A DNA stretch of 38,680 bases from an uncultured Candidatus Peribacteria bacterium (GTDB lineage Bacteria; Patescibacteriota; Gracilibacteria; UBA1369). Position 1 is the first letter of the stretch, and each line of letters opens with the position of its first letter. Of the stretch, positions 1 to 8,333 are shown piece by piece. The DNA is taken from NCBI GenBank assembly GCA_964435355.1, contig CAYSYL010000002.1, forward strand, positions 1 to 38,680, written 5' to 3'. The position numbers and the translations under genes are program-made. The notes below the pieces were generated by a model. It saw only the letters and a list, made by a program, of their open reading frames with translations, ran no database searches and had not been told where the DNA came from.

Positions 1-1542
1 ATCAAGGACGGCCCAAGCTATGAGACGGGTTACGGTGGCGCGTAACATGGTTCTTTGAAAAACTTTCGGATCTTTCCCTTCTTTTACGGGGGCTTCCAAG
101 AGTGTTTCCAAGTTATTGGCCCGATCCAGAAGTTTTGCTATGAGAGTTATTTGTCTTTTATCATCTTTGGTGAGAGCGTTGAGTCGTATTAAGAAAGCGT
201 CTAATTTACTATCGGTGTCTTCCGGAAAATCGATGAAAGTTTTTCGTGGAGTTTGAATGTTCTGGGGATTTATTTCTAAGCCAGCATAATACTTCTCTAA
301 ACTTGCTTGATCAACCGGCTCTTCAAGCGTTGGAAGAGTATGGGGATATAGCTTGGATTTTATAAGAATTTCTCTCATTTTTTTTGGACCGGCGATATTT
401 TGTTTCAGAGCGGTATTGAGTTCTTCCTTATGGAAAATGGTATTTTTCGATAAGGCCCTCAATATGCCTCGAAGCCATTGTCTTGTTTTCTGTTTGATGA
501 GAGAAAGAAATTTCTCTCGTATCTCTTTTTTAATTTTGTGAAATCCTGCTTTGATATCCTGACTAAGAGTGCTATCGACGGTGTCGGTTCTTCCCGCCAA
601 AAATTCGTCAATAAGCTCTTCGAGTGGTTCATCCGCGTCTTCATCGATATCGTGCAGTACGGTAGCCGTCACGCCTAATATGAAGTCGCTTTCCATTCGC
701 GATTCCTCGATAATATAAGGGGTAACATCCTGGATGTAGGCCCCCATGACGGCTAACGGGTGTGTCCAATAAGCTACATTCCCTTTTCTTCTGAGACGCC
801 CTTTTTTCTGTTGATGATGAACAGCCTTTGCGATGGTAGCTGCTTGGTGAGTCGTATCAATAAGACGCAAGTATCGGTTTCTTATCATGATTTCATGTCG
901 TCTGGGATGGTCGAGGGCTAAGATAGACTCTCCTCTTGCTGTTTCGGGGCCATTTGATTCTAAAAAATCCGGTTCTCCTTTTTTTTCCAGAAGCATTTCA
1001 TAATAAAGCCGGAGTGCTAAAAGATAGTTTTTATCAGCACGATAAAAATTCCAACGCAATCCTCTTTCTTCCGCTTTCCACATTCCCAGTTCGGTTAAAT
1101 CTCTCTCTTCTCCTTCCATCACGGGCCCATTACTTTGGATTGCCTCAAACCCTTTCTGGAACTTAGTTCTGATGGCAGCTCTCCGTTCGCTCAATTCTAT
1201 CACCACCTTTGGTTCTTCCGAGAAATTATCGTTTACTGGTTCTTGTTGCCATTTTCTCGTGAGAGCTTTGTGGGCTACCTCCCAAGCCATTCGCGCTTTT
1301 AGGACTCCCCCCCATATACTTTTCAATCGCTCTTTATGAGCTTCTGGAATATCTTTTTCTAAAGCATCGAAGCCTAGTTCTGCAGGTATTCTCATGTGCT
1401 CTTTTTCCAAAGCCAAGAAAAAAGCGCTTTCGAGAGTGGCGCACTTCGCAATATCTTGATTGAACGGATATCTTTCACTGAGTTCATGGGCATACTGGAC
1501 TGCTAAGATCCGATCTTCCTGGTTACGACTGAGGGCTTCCAT
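1..1542 (-). CDS. HD-domain protein, RelA/SpoT (Mesh1)-type (p)ppGpp-hydrolase-like; partial, C-terminus runs off the left edge
   Basis: Manual minus-strand translation from ATG at 1542 gives 514 uninterrupted codons down to position 1. It is absent from the ORF track because no stop lies in the window. Motifs: YWTHPLAV, VLHDIDED (HD..ED) and IAKLLDRANNLETL (compare DRLHNMRTL of SpoT hydrolase domains). Confidence 0.6.
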   Translation of the reverse strand, partial: MEALSRNQEDRILAVQYAHELSERYPFNQDIAKCATLESAFFLALEKEHMRIPAELGFDALEKDIPEAHKERLKSIWGGVLKARMAWEVAHKALTRKWQQEPVNDNFSEEPKVVIELSERRAAIRTKFQKGFEAIQSNGPVMEGEERDLTELGMWKAEERGLRWNFYRADKNYLLALRLYYEMLLEKKGEPDFLESNGPETARGESILALDHPRRHEIMIRNRYLRLIDTTHQAATIAKAVHHQQKKGRLRRKGNVAYWTHPLAVMGAYIQDVTPYIIEESRMESDFILGVTATVLHDIDEDADEPLEELIDEFLAGRTDTVDSTLSQDIKAGFHKIKKEIREKFLSLIKQKTRQWLRGILRALSKNTIFHKEELNTALKQNIAGPKKMREILIKSKLYPHTLPTLEEPVDQASLEKYYAGLEINPQNIQTPRKTFIDFPEDTDSKLDAFLIRLNALTKDDKRQITLIAKLLDRANNLETLLEAPVKEGKDPKVFQRTMLRATVTRLIAWAVLD

Positions 1543-1733
1543 TCGATATTATTTAAGGAGGGAGGTGTTTTATGTAAAGACTTTCATAGCACGTCTATAT
1601 TTACTGAAATTATGCCGTCCCTATTTTGTTGGAATAGGGGACTCCTTCAAGATCTAAAATTTGCGTAAAAGGGTTATAGGGAACCGGCGATTAAAAAATA
1701 TCTAGAGTGAGAAGAGCCCACGACGGTATATAT

Positions 1734-1890
1734 CCCATTCGAATGGGCTCATTTTAGAGTTCTTTTTTAGCTTATATATCCCGTATTTAGAAAGCTGCCT
1801 TGGAATGTCGTCATGAGTGTGGACGCCCGGACCCACGAAAAGTTAAACAGCGATGGGATTCTATAGTCGCTTTTTGGTTTTTGCAAATTG
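1734..1890 (+). repeat. Direct repeat R1, left copy of a ~160-nt pair bracketing the Fic module
   Basis: Alignable by eye with 3488-3646. Shared blocks: CCCATTC, TTTTTrGCTTATA, ATTTAGAAAGCTG (1785-1797 vs 3542-3554), GGAATG, GAAAGTTrAACAGCGA (GTTAAAC at 1842-1848 vs GTTGAAC at 3598-3604) and TTTGCAAA. Spacing between blocks is the same in both copies. Confidence 0.6.
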
Positions 1891-1893
1891 TAA

Positions 1894-1971
1894 AGTTTGT
1901 ATCCATCGCTTGACTCAATGTATACAAACTACTATACTTTGTATACATATTTTAAAAGATAGATACAAACT
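1894..1971 (+). promoter_or_regulatory. Sigma70-type promoter (TTGACT-17-TATACT) with four AGTTTGTATAC-type operator half-sites, upstream of fic
   Basis: -35 TTGACT at 1910-1915, 17-nt spacer, -10 TATACT at 1933-1938. Half-sites AGTTTGTAT (1894, forward), TGTATACAAACT (1919-1930, reverse), TTTGTATACA (1938, forward) and GATACAAACT (1962-1971, reverse) form two inverted-repeat pairs around the promoter. Confidence 0.55.
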
Positions 1972-3123
1972 ATGAAGTCAGTTGAAATTGGCATTTATAG
2001 ACAACAAAAAGAGGGTTTTAAAGCTTTTATTCCTAACCCCTTCCCTCCAAAGGAAGGTTTTGACTTTGATGCGGGAATATTAAAGAAAAACGATCAAGCC
2101 ACAAGATTGCTCGGAAAACTTGATGGTATCACAAAACTATTACCTGACGCCGATTTCTTCCTTTTAATGTATTTGCGCAAAGATGCTGCCTCTTCAAGCC
2201 AGATTGAAGGAACACAGGCAACGATGATCGATGCCATCGAAGCGGAAGCGAAAGTAAATACGAAGGTTCCAGCCGACGTCGATGATATTTTACACTATAT
2301 TAACGCTCTCAATTATGGGATGAAACGTGTTACGAAGGATGATTTCCCGATATCACTTCGATTCATAAAAGAACTCCATAAAAAATTGATGGATCAAGCG
2401 CGAGCCACACACTTCTCTGATCCAGGCGAATTCCGTAAAAGCCAGAACTGGATTGGGGGAACAAGGCCGGATAACGCCCGTTTCGTTCCACCTCCCGTTG
2501 AAGAAATGCGGACGGCGCTTAATGAGCTCGAAAAATTCCTGCATGGAAACGATACGACATTAACGCTCATTAAAGCCGGGCTTCTCCACGCTCAATTCGA
2601 AACTATCCATCCTTTTCTCGATGGCAATGGAAGAACCGGGCGAATGCTTATCACCTTCTATTTATGGAAGGAAGGTTTCCTCGAAAAACCTGTTTTATTT
2701 CTATCGTCATTCTTCAAAAAACACCAAGAGTTATACTACGAAAAACTGTCTAATTACCATAATGGCAAGGTTTCGGAGTGGATAGATTTTTTTCTTGATG
2801 GAGTAATAGAAATCGCAAATGAAGCTATAGACATCGTTGGCAAAATAACCGTGCTTCGCGAAAAAGACAGGCAAAAGATTCAAAAACTTGGAACTCGCGC
2901 AGTTGAGAGTGCCTCGGTAATTTTACCAAAATTGTATGCCCAACCTATCGTGAATGTGGCTCTTGTCCAAAAATGGACCGGCTACACCAGAGCAGGAGCG
3001 CAGCGTGTTATCGACCGCTTTATTGAAATGAAAATCCTTTCTCCCAAAGACGAGGACAAGAAATATGGCCAATCGTATGCTTACAAAGAGTATCTTGCCA
3101 TTTTTCAGGATAGTAAAAAGTAA
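1972..3123 (+). CDS. fic: Fic family protein (AMPylase-type), class II with N-terminal inhibitory helix and C-terminal winged-helix
   Basis: Canonical Fic motif HPFLDGNGRTGR (HxFx[DE]GNGRxxR). Inhibitory motif SSQIEG ([ST]xxxE[GN]) lies N-terminal of the core. The C-terminal region ...WTGYTRAGAQRVIDRFIEMKIL looks like a wHTH. Confidence 0.9.
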   Translation: MKSVEIGIYRQQKEGFKAFIPNPFPPKEGFDFDAGILKKNDQATRLLGKLDGITKLLPDADFFLLMYLRKDAASSSQIEGTQATMIDAIEAEAKVNTKVPADVDDILHYINALNYGMKRVTKDDFPISLRFIKELHKKLMDQARATHFSDPGEFRKSQNWIGGTRPDNARFVPPPVEEMRTALNELEKFLHGNDTTLTLIKAGLLHAQFETIHPFLDGNGRTGRMLITFYLWKEGFLEKPVLFLSSFFKKHQELYYEKLSNYHNGKVSEWIDFFLDGVIEIANEAIDIVGKITVLREKDRQKIQKLGTRAVESASVILPKLYAQPIVNVALVQKWTGYTRAGAQRVIDRFIEMKILSPKDEDKKYGQSYAYKEYLAIFQDSKK

Positions 3124-3129
3124 AATCTT

Positions 3130-3438
3130 ATGACACATTCACTGTTGTTAAAAATCGGCAATACTTACAAAGTGTCAGACTCACTAAATCGTGAATATAC
3201 GATAGTATTAGATCTATACAAAAACCATAATCATGAAAGAAAGCCCCTTTATCATTATAATGGAGAAGAAAAAGCGGATGATATAGTTATCACTATTCAA
3301 AACGACGATCCTCCACCTTATCCGTCACCGTATGCAGGAACTATTGAAAAAAAATGGCACGTTATGCGAAAGAACTGCATTTTACATTTTACCGTACTAG
3401 ATAAAACAAGCGTTAAATTGGAGTTAGAAGAAAAATAA
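3130..3438 (+). CDS. Hypothetical small protein (102 aa) co-directional with fic, 6 nt downstream
   Basis: ORF lies immediately after the fic stop. No recognisable motif. Contains a Pro-rich patch, DDPPPYPSPY. Confidence 0.45.
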   Translation: MTHSLLLKIGNTYKVSDSLNREYTIVLDLYKNHNHERKPLYHYNGEEKADDIVITIQNDDPPPYPSPYAGTIEKKWHVMRKNCILHFTVLDKTSVKLELEEK

Positions 3439-3487
3439 ATTACAGGAAATATCAAATTTAAGAAAACAAGCCCAGGCACTTGTGCAA

Positions 3488-3646
3488 CCCCATTCAAGGC
3501 AGTACTTTTTTGGAAGGCGTTTTTGGCTTATAGAAGCTCTGATTTAGAAAGCTGTTTCGGAATGAGCAGTATGGCGCAGACGCACACACCCGTGAAAGTT
3601 GAACAGCGAACTAAATATTAAGATAAGTTTTAGCAATTTGCAAAAC
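3488..3646 (+). repeat. Direct repeat R2, right copy of the pair bracketing the Fic module
   Basis: See R1 (1734-1890): same orientation, same block order and spacing. Confidence 0.6.
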
Positions 3647-3689
3647 TAAGAAAATAATCAAGCTAAGCACTAATTATCAGCCATAACCT

Positions 3690-4460
3690 TTAATCAGTCT
3701 TTGTCTGTTGATAGGATACAATCATTTCCGTAAAACAAAGAATCAAATTATAGGTTTTATCAATCCATTCACTGAAAAATTGATCAATCGGATAATATTT
3801 ATCGGCGTCTCCCCTATCTCCCGTAAGATAATTAGGTATTCTTATTTGATTGTGCACTATTAACCAGGCAGTATGAGAAGGATAGCCCGTCATATCCTTT
3901 TTCATTTGAGAAAAGTTGAATGCCTCAATTCTTGGAACCAAAGAACAGGCAAATGAGTTGTCATGAGAATTTATAGCTGCATACGTACTGATACCACCCA
4001 TGTGATGAACAATATTCCTATAGGGAAATACTTCATTTTTTACCCACTCATGGCAAATGTCCAAACAAGGCGACGGAGTAATACCCTTAGCCTGAAGCAC
4101 CTCTTTAACTTTTTGTATAAAACGCGTTTTTTGTAAAGAAACATCCGCACCCTTAAAGTCTAACCGTAAAAAATGATTAATAGTCGTTGCCATAGCATCA
4201 GCACAAGCCAGGACAGAATTTAAATAATTTTCTAATAAAAAATCGCTATAGATATCGTCTGTTTTCTTGTCTTGTAGTAAGGAATTAACCTTGAGCAATC
4301 TCCAAAATCGCATGGAAAAGTTTCCAATAAATCCACAATCCAACATACGTTCCTGCCGCTCATCTGAATGGCTTAATTCGGTAAAAGGAGGTCGATCAAA
4401 GTATTGTTTCAATTCAGGTAATCTATTGAACCAAAATGATTCACGTAAATAATTTGTCAT
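3690..4460 (-). CDS. Hypothetical protein with HEPN-like Rx4H motif (AbiD/AbiF-like RNxxxHH)
   Basis: 256-aa ORF. FPYRNIVHHMGG resembles the LRNRVAHHE signature of Abi_2/HEPN families. An upstream helix, ACADAMATTINHFL, is consistent with the HEPN first helix. The family assignment comes from memory of motifs only. Confidence 0.45.
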   Translation of the reverse strand: MTNYLRESFWFNRLPELKQYFDRPPFTELSHSDERQERMLDCGFIGNFSMRFWRLLKVNSLLQDKKTDDIYSDFLLENYLNSVLACADAMATTINHFLRLDFKGADVSLQKTRFIQKVKEVLQAKGITPSPCLDICHEWVKNEVFPYRNIVHHMGGISTYAAINSHDNSFACSLVPRIEAFNFSQMKKDMTGYPSHTAWLIVHNQIRIPNYLTGDRGDADKYYPIDQFFSEWIDKTYNLILCFTEMIVSYQQTKTD

Positions 4461-4587
4461 GACAGATTATTAAAGGAGCATAGTTACAAAACAGTTTATG
4501 CAAGCTCTTGGCAGCCGCTTCTCTCATATTTGCTGGTATTGAGTTCGCCATAATTAAGCCGTGGGAATAAGTTTATTGGGCATATAA

Positions 4588-5190
4588 TCACTTACATGAA
4601 TCATATTGTGTATTAGCTTTTTTAGCCAAATTAGATTGTGGGTAAAGCTTATAACATAGTAGCTTCAGCCCATTATCTCGATGCAAAATGAAATTTTCAA
4701 CTTGAGCATTATTACATAAAGGCCCAATAAGATGTTGGAAATTTATTCTGATATCCTCCATGGTAAGTAAGCCAGTTTTACACTGCTGGTATACATCTTC
4801 AAAACCATTTAAGTATAAGCCTAAATAGAATTCATTTTCGATATGTTCTCCATTTTGCAATTTTCGAATAACAAGAGAATTATGATCATCAAATTTATAA
4901 AAATCTTGATAAAGAGTATTAATTACATCAAAGGCTAGCTTTTTCCTCTCTAATTCCAGTTGTAAATTAGAATTATGTACTGTAGCTGAACTTATATCAT
5001 TTGCTGCTTTACTAATATCATTCGCAGTACTACTTAATTGCCAGGTTCCATATGTAAAAATACAGCCAATGAATAAGAGTAATAATTCGCCTATAGCAAT
5101 TTTCTGGTCGATCGACAATTTTCTATATTTATCCCAGCAAACAATAACTAAAATAATGATTATTAAGCCTATAAGTAAAAAGAAATTCAT
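4588..5190 (-). CDS. Small membrane protein with two N-terminal TM helices and a soluble C-terminal domain
   Basis: 200-aa ORF. Hydrophobic stretches FFLLIGLIIIILVIVCW and IAIGELLLLFIGCIFTYGTW. It lies upstream of, and co-directional with, the HEPN-like gene across a 127-nt gap. Confidence 0.5.
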   Translation of the reverse strand: MNFFLLIGLIIIILVIVCWDKYRKLSIDQKIAIGELLLLFIGCIFTYGTWQLSSTANDISKAANDISSATVHNSNLQLELERKKLAFDVINTLYQDFYKFDDHNSLVIRKLQNGEHIENEFYLGLYLNGFEDVYQQCKTGLLTMEDIRINFQHLIGPLCNNAQVENFILHRDNGLKLLCYKLYPQSNLAKKANTQYDSCK

Positions 5191-5261
5191 TCGGTATATG
5201 AAACAAAATATTTATTTTTCCATCAGTGATAAAGATATAAAAGCTAGTGAAGTATTGGCAG

Positions 5262-6053
5262 TTATACGTCTTCCAAACTCCTAGCAATCATCTCCGCAGC
5301 CTTAGCTCGTGATAACCCTTCCGTCGGCATACTACCGTCAATATCGATGCCCAAGGATTTCGCTTTATCAATATACGTTTCATACCAAACAGCAGTTTGC
5401 CCATCAGGCTTTAGGCCAAATGTTTCCAGAGCGATCTTTAAAGCTTCGACATAATTCACCTCCTGAACTGGTTTGAAAGTACCATCAGCATATCCTCCAA
5501 CAAACCCCTGCGCCTTCGCAAAACAAACGGGTTTGGTATACCACTGATCTTTTTGAATGTCCTTAAAACAGTTTTGATTATAGCTGTCATCAATTGTCGG
5601 ATACTTAGCTCCCACTACTATTTTTAAAAGCTCAGCACGGTTTAAAATCCTGAAAGGCTGATAGGTACCGTCGGGATACCCGGAAATGATATTTTTCTCT
5701 TTCAAAAGTTCAATAGAAGATTCGAAAGGAGTAGTACTATCAACGTCACTAAAAACGGATGATGGCATCGAAGGCTCAGGTGGTACAACAGGTTCCGGAG
5801 CAGGTGGTTGAATCTCGAGCTCGGAAGGAGAACCGGCGCACATCACCATCGAAGAGTAAGAAACCGAACTATTTTCCCAACCGTCCTTGCATATAACGCT
5901 ACCGTCGCTATCTGCACCCGCGCTACAATCCACTCCTCCATGCCCAGAACAGGCGCCAGAAGTTGCAAATGCAAAAGGAATAATAAAAGATACGCTCACA
6001 AAAAGCGCCACGGCTGTTAAAAGGGAAAATGGTTTCTTCATATAGTGCAACAA
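5262..6053 (-). CDS. Secreted SLH-domain (S-layer homology) protein
   Basis: N-terminal signal/TM segment and a Cys-rich and Pro-rich linker. Repeated SLH signatures follow: FSDVD...ISGYPDGTYQP...NRAELLKIVV and FKDIQKDQWY...GGYADGTFKP. Confidence 0.8.
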   Translation of the reverse strand: MLHYMKKPFSLLTAVALFVSVSFIIPFAFATSGACSGHGGVDCSAGADSDGSVICKDGWENSSVSYSSMVMCAGSPSELEIQPPAPEPVVPPEPSMPSSVFSDVDSTTPFESSIELLKEKNIISGYPDGTYQPFRILNRAELLKIVVGAKYPTIDDSYNQNCFKDIQKDQWYTKPVCFAKAQGFVGGYADGTFKPVQEVNYVEALKIALETFGLKPDGQTAVWYETYIDKAKSLGIDIDGSMPTEGLSRAKAAEMIARSLEDV

Positions 6054-6326
6054 AAATATTAAAATTCTCTAAAATATTAATCTAACAAGATTTCCTTCAA
6101 AAGAAGGATGCGATGACAAAAAGTAGAAATGATGAATAAAAACTTGTCGAATTTGAAGTATAATTAAGGCAACTTTAATTACTTCAATGAAAAGCGTTCG
6201 AAACAAATGGCATTGGCCAGAGCTAAAACTGGAATTCTTTAGATCAAACTTTGCCGAAGTAAAAGGATTTTTTCAGGAACAATACGACGCTCCAGAGGCT
6301 CTTAAAGAATCCAGGCGGGGATATAC

Positions 6327-6403
6327 TGGTCGGGGTACTGGGACTTGAACCCAGGGCCTCACCCACCCCATGGGTGCGCGCTAGCCAACTGCGCCATACC
6401 CCG
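6327..6403 (-). tRNA. tRNA-Pro (anticodon GGG), CCA encoded
   Basis: Manual cloverleaf on the minus strand: acceptor CGGGGTA/TACCCCG, D arm GCGC-AGTTGGCTA-GCGC, anticodon stem CACCC/GGGTG with loop AT-GGG-GT, T arm CTGGG-TTCAAGT-CCCAG, discriminator A plus CCA. Confidence 0.85.
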
Positions 6404-6487
6404 ACGTTGTGTGCCGCAGCCAGGAACAATTTTTATCTTTTCGTCGCTATGCTGGGCGCGCGGGCATCAATATACCAAAAAAATGCC

Positions 6488-7525
6488 TTATTTGAAATAT
6501 TTCACTTCGGCTGCTACGGTTTTGCCGTCGACGATTTCAATTTCGGCGTATGATTTTCGCTTTTTTCGCATATCTTTATATACTTCGAATTCGCTGCGCC
6601 AGGTGTCGGTCACTAGAATGCGCATGTTGCCATGGTTAAACTGGTTGACGCTGTGGTAATGACCTAAAATCAAATATTTTCGGTCTGCGTATTTTTTGAG
6701 GAGTAATTTGATGTTTTCCTTTAAAAATGTGTCATCATCCAATACTTCCAAACCGTGATTCCAAATGTGTCGAATGAAACGACGGAAGGGCGCACGATAA
6801 GTTGGATCGTAAAAACGCAGAAAGGGGTTCACTAAAATGTGTTTCACGATCAAATCCCGGAACATTTTTTGAGCATAGTCGTGCAGCTTTTCATTGTCAC
6901 GGAAATACTGATGACGTGGAACGAGCGCTTCTTCGCGAGGAAATTTTTTCTTCAGCTCCACCAGGTGAGTGAAGCAGGCGTAAGCTCCCCATGGAAGATT
7001 CAGGATTTTTTTTCGACGATAGTGGAGAAATGGCTTATTTGTGTCGGAGGCGAAAAAAGTGTCGATCAGGTGACCGTGTTCGAAGTGTAAATCTCCTGTG
7101 TCATAGCCATAACCGAAATGGACGTGGGTATGATTTTCGAGGGAAGACCGGAGTTTATTCTGAACGGAAGGCCAGATGAGATCCGCGTCGTGATTGCCGA
7201 TGACGAAAAATATCTGATGGTTTTCGTTTTTGAGAAAATTGCGGAGTGCTTCAAATACGGCTGGATGACTTCGGATTACTTCATCCATTTTCCACAGCGA
7301 AATTTCTTCGGTAATGTAACGAGGATATTTGCCGTGGTAGGCCATTTTTAGAAAGTCGAAACTGTCTCCGTTGAAAAGAAGGGTAATTTTTTGATCTGTA
7401 TGCTCTTTTGCTTCTCGACTGATGAAAGTGAAAAAACGGATGAGGTCGGTATCGTCTGAAAAATCGTCAGTAATGTCTCCGCGGCCCATTTCTACGTCGC
7501 TGATGGCAAAAATTTTTTCTTTCAT
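6488..7525 (-). CDS. Metallophosphoesterase (calcineurin-like phosphoesterase) family protein
   Basis: Motifs ISDVEMGRG, NGDSFDFL, VIGNHD, FEHGH and LGHYH match the conserved metallophosphoesterase blocks. Its ATG overlaps the stop of the upstream gene (ATGA). Confidence 0.75.
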   Translation of the reverse strand: MKEKIFAISDVEMGRGDITDDFSDDTDLIRFFTFISREAKEHTDQKITLLFNGDSFDFLKMAYHGKYPRYITEEISLWKMDEVIRSHPAVFEALRNFLKNENHQIFFVIGNHDADLIWPSVQNKLRSSLENHTHVHFGYGYDTGDLHFEHGHLIDTFFASDTNKPFLHYRRKKILNLPWGAYACFTHLVELKKKFPREEALVPRHQYFRDNEKLHDYAQKMFRDLIVKHILVNPFLRFYDPTYRAPFRRFIRHIWNHGLEVLDDDTFLKENIKLLLKKYADRKYLILGHYHSVNQFNHGNMRILVTDTWRSEFEVYKDMRKKRKSYAEIEIVDGKTVAAEVKYFK

Positions 7526-8319
7526 CGTTTTTTAGGGGTCACAATAACAATATTTTGCGGGATATCTATTTCTGCGTAATATTTTTCGCCTGTTTTCATG
7601 CCGGTTGAGGGACCCCCATCGAGATTGAGAACGGAATGGAGCGAAAGAGAACGGAATTCGGGACTATCTTTTAGCAGTTGAGCAAACTCATAGAGTGATG
7701 ACATATTATCACGATTGAAAAAAGTTTGCTTCAGTATAATTACTACTATTTTGCCATCTTTATCAAGACCTATCGCCGTTCGACTCGCTTTTTTGTGATC
7801 ATCACTTTTTATCCCGATTTCCCGTTTTTCGTTGAGGAGAATCGGGCCATTTTGTATAGCGAAAATAAAAGGACTCATGTCAGTTATTTGGTTTGGATCG
7901 TAGAGTTTCGGACGGTTATTTTTATCGATGGTAAAAATGCCGTTTAATAGCTCGGCCTCTGAACTTTTATGGAGCAGTTTCTCTTGACTGATAAGTAAAC
8001 CGGTTGGTTTGAAATCTTTTGTAAAAAAATTCCCGTTAAAGGTGAGGAAGGAATGATTCTCTTCATGTATTTTTTCAATAGTTTTGGCTTCCACACGACT
8101 GGTATTTTGTACGATTTGCAAATCGTATTTTAAGGGATCGATGATGGCTACTACTAAACTTTTTGGCTCTTGCTTTTGAACAGATGCTTTTATGAGGCTG
8201 ATTTTTAATCCGGGAGCCATCTCTTTCCATTCCGTTTTTGTTTCACGGGTCGCATAGTAGAGTACGCCTGATGCTACGAGAAAAATGACGGCAAGGAGTA
8301 ATACAATGTAACGTTTCAT
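7522..8319 (-). CDS. Phosphodiester glycosidase (NAGPA/DUF2233-like) family protein, membrane-anchored
   Basis: N-terminal TM helix. Motifs FNGNFF, QNGPILL, RTAIGLDKDGKIVVI and NLDGGPSTGM are typical of this family. Confidence 0.6.
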   Translation of the reverse strand: MKRYIVLLLAVIFLVASGVLYYATRETKTEWKEMAPGLKISLIKASVQKQEPKSLVVAIIDPLKYDLQIVQNTSRVEAKTIEKIHEENHSFLTFNGNFFTKDFKPTGLLISQEKLLHKSSEAELLNGIFTIDKNNRPKLYDPNQITDMSPFIFAIQNGPILLNEKREIGIKSDDHKKASRTAIGLDKDGKIVVIILKQTFFNRDNMSSLYEFAQLLKDSPEFRSLSLHSVLNLDGGPSTGMKTGEKYYAEIDIPQNIVIVTPKKR

Positions 8320-8333
8320 ACAATCGAAGGATT

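Noticed and set aside
1800-3660. Small peptides encoded inside R1/R2 (e.g. MSVDARTHEKLNSDGIL at 1813-1863; MSSMAQTHTPVKVEQRTKY at 3562-3621)
   Set aside because: The conserved nucleotide blocks fall in different reading frames in the two copies, and the R1-equivalent frame hits a stop in R2. Conservation is therefore at the nucleotide level, not the coding level. The same test on minus-strand frames of copies D, E and F also failed.
6244-6659. Track ORFs 6244..6429 (-) and 6345..6659 (+)
   Set aside because: They overlap the tRNA-Pro(GGG) gene and the 3' end of the metallophosphoesterase gene, and their composition is low-complexity. They are spurious.
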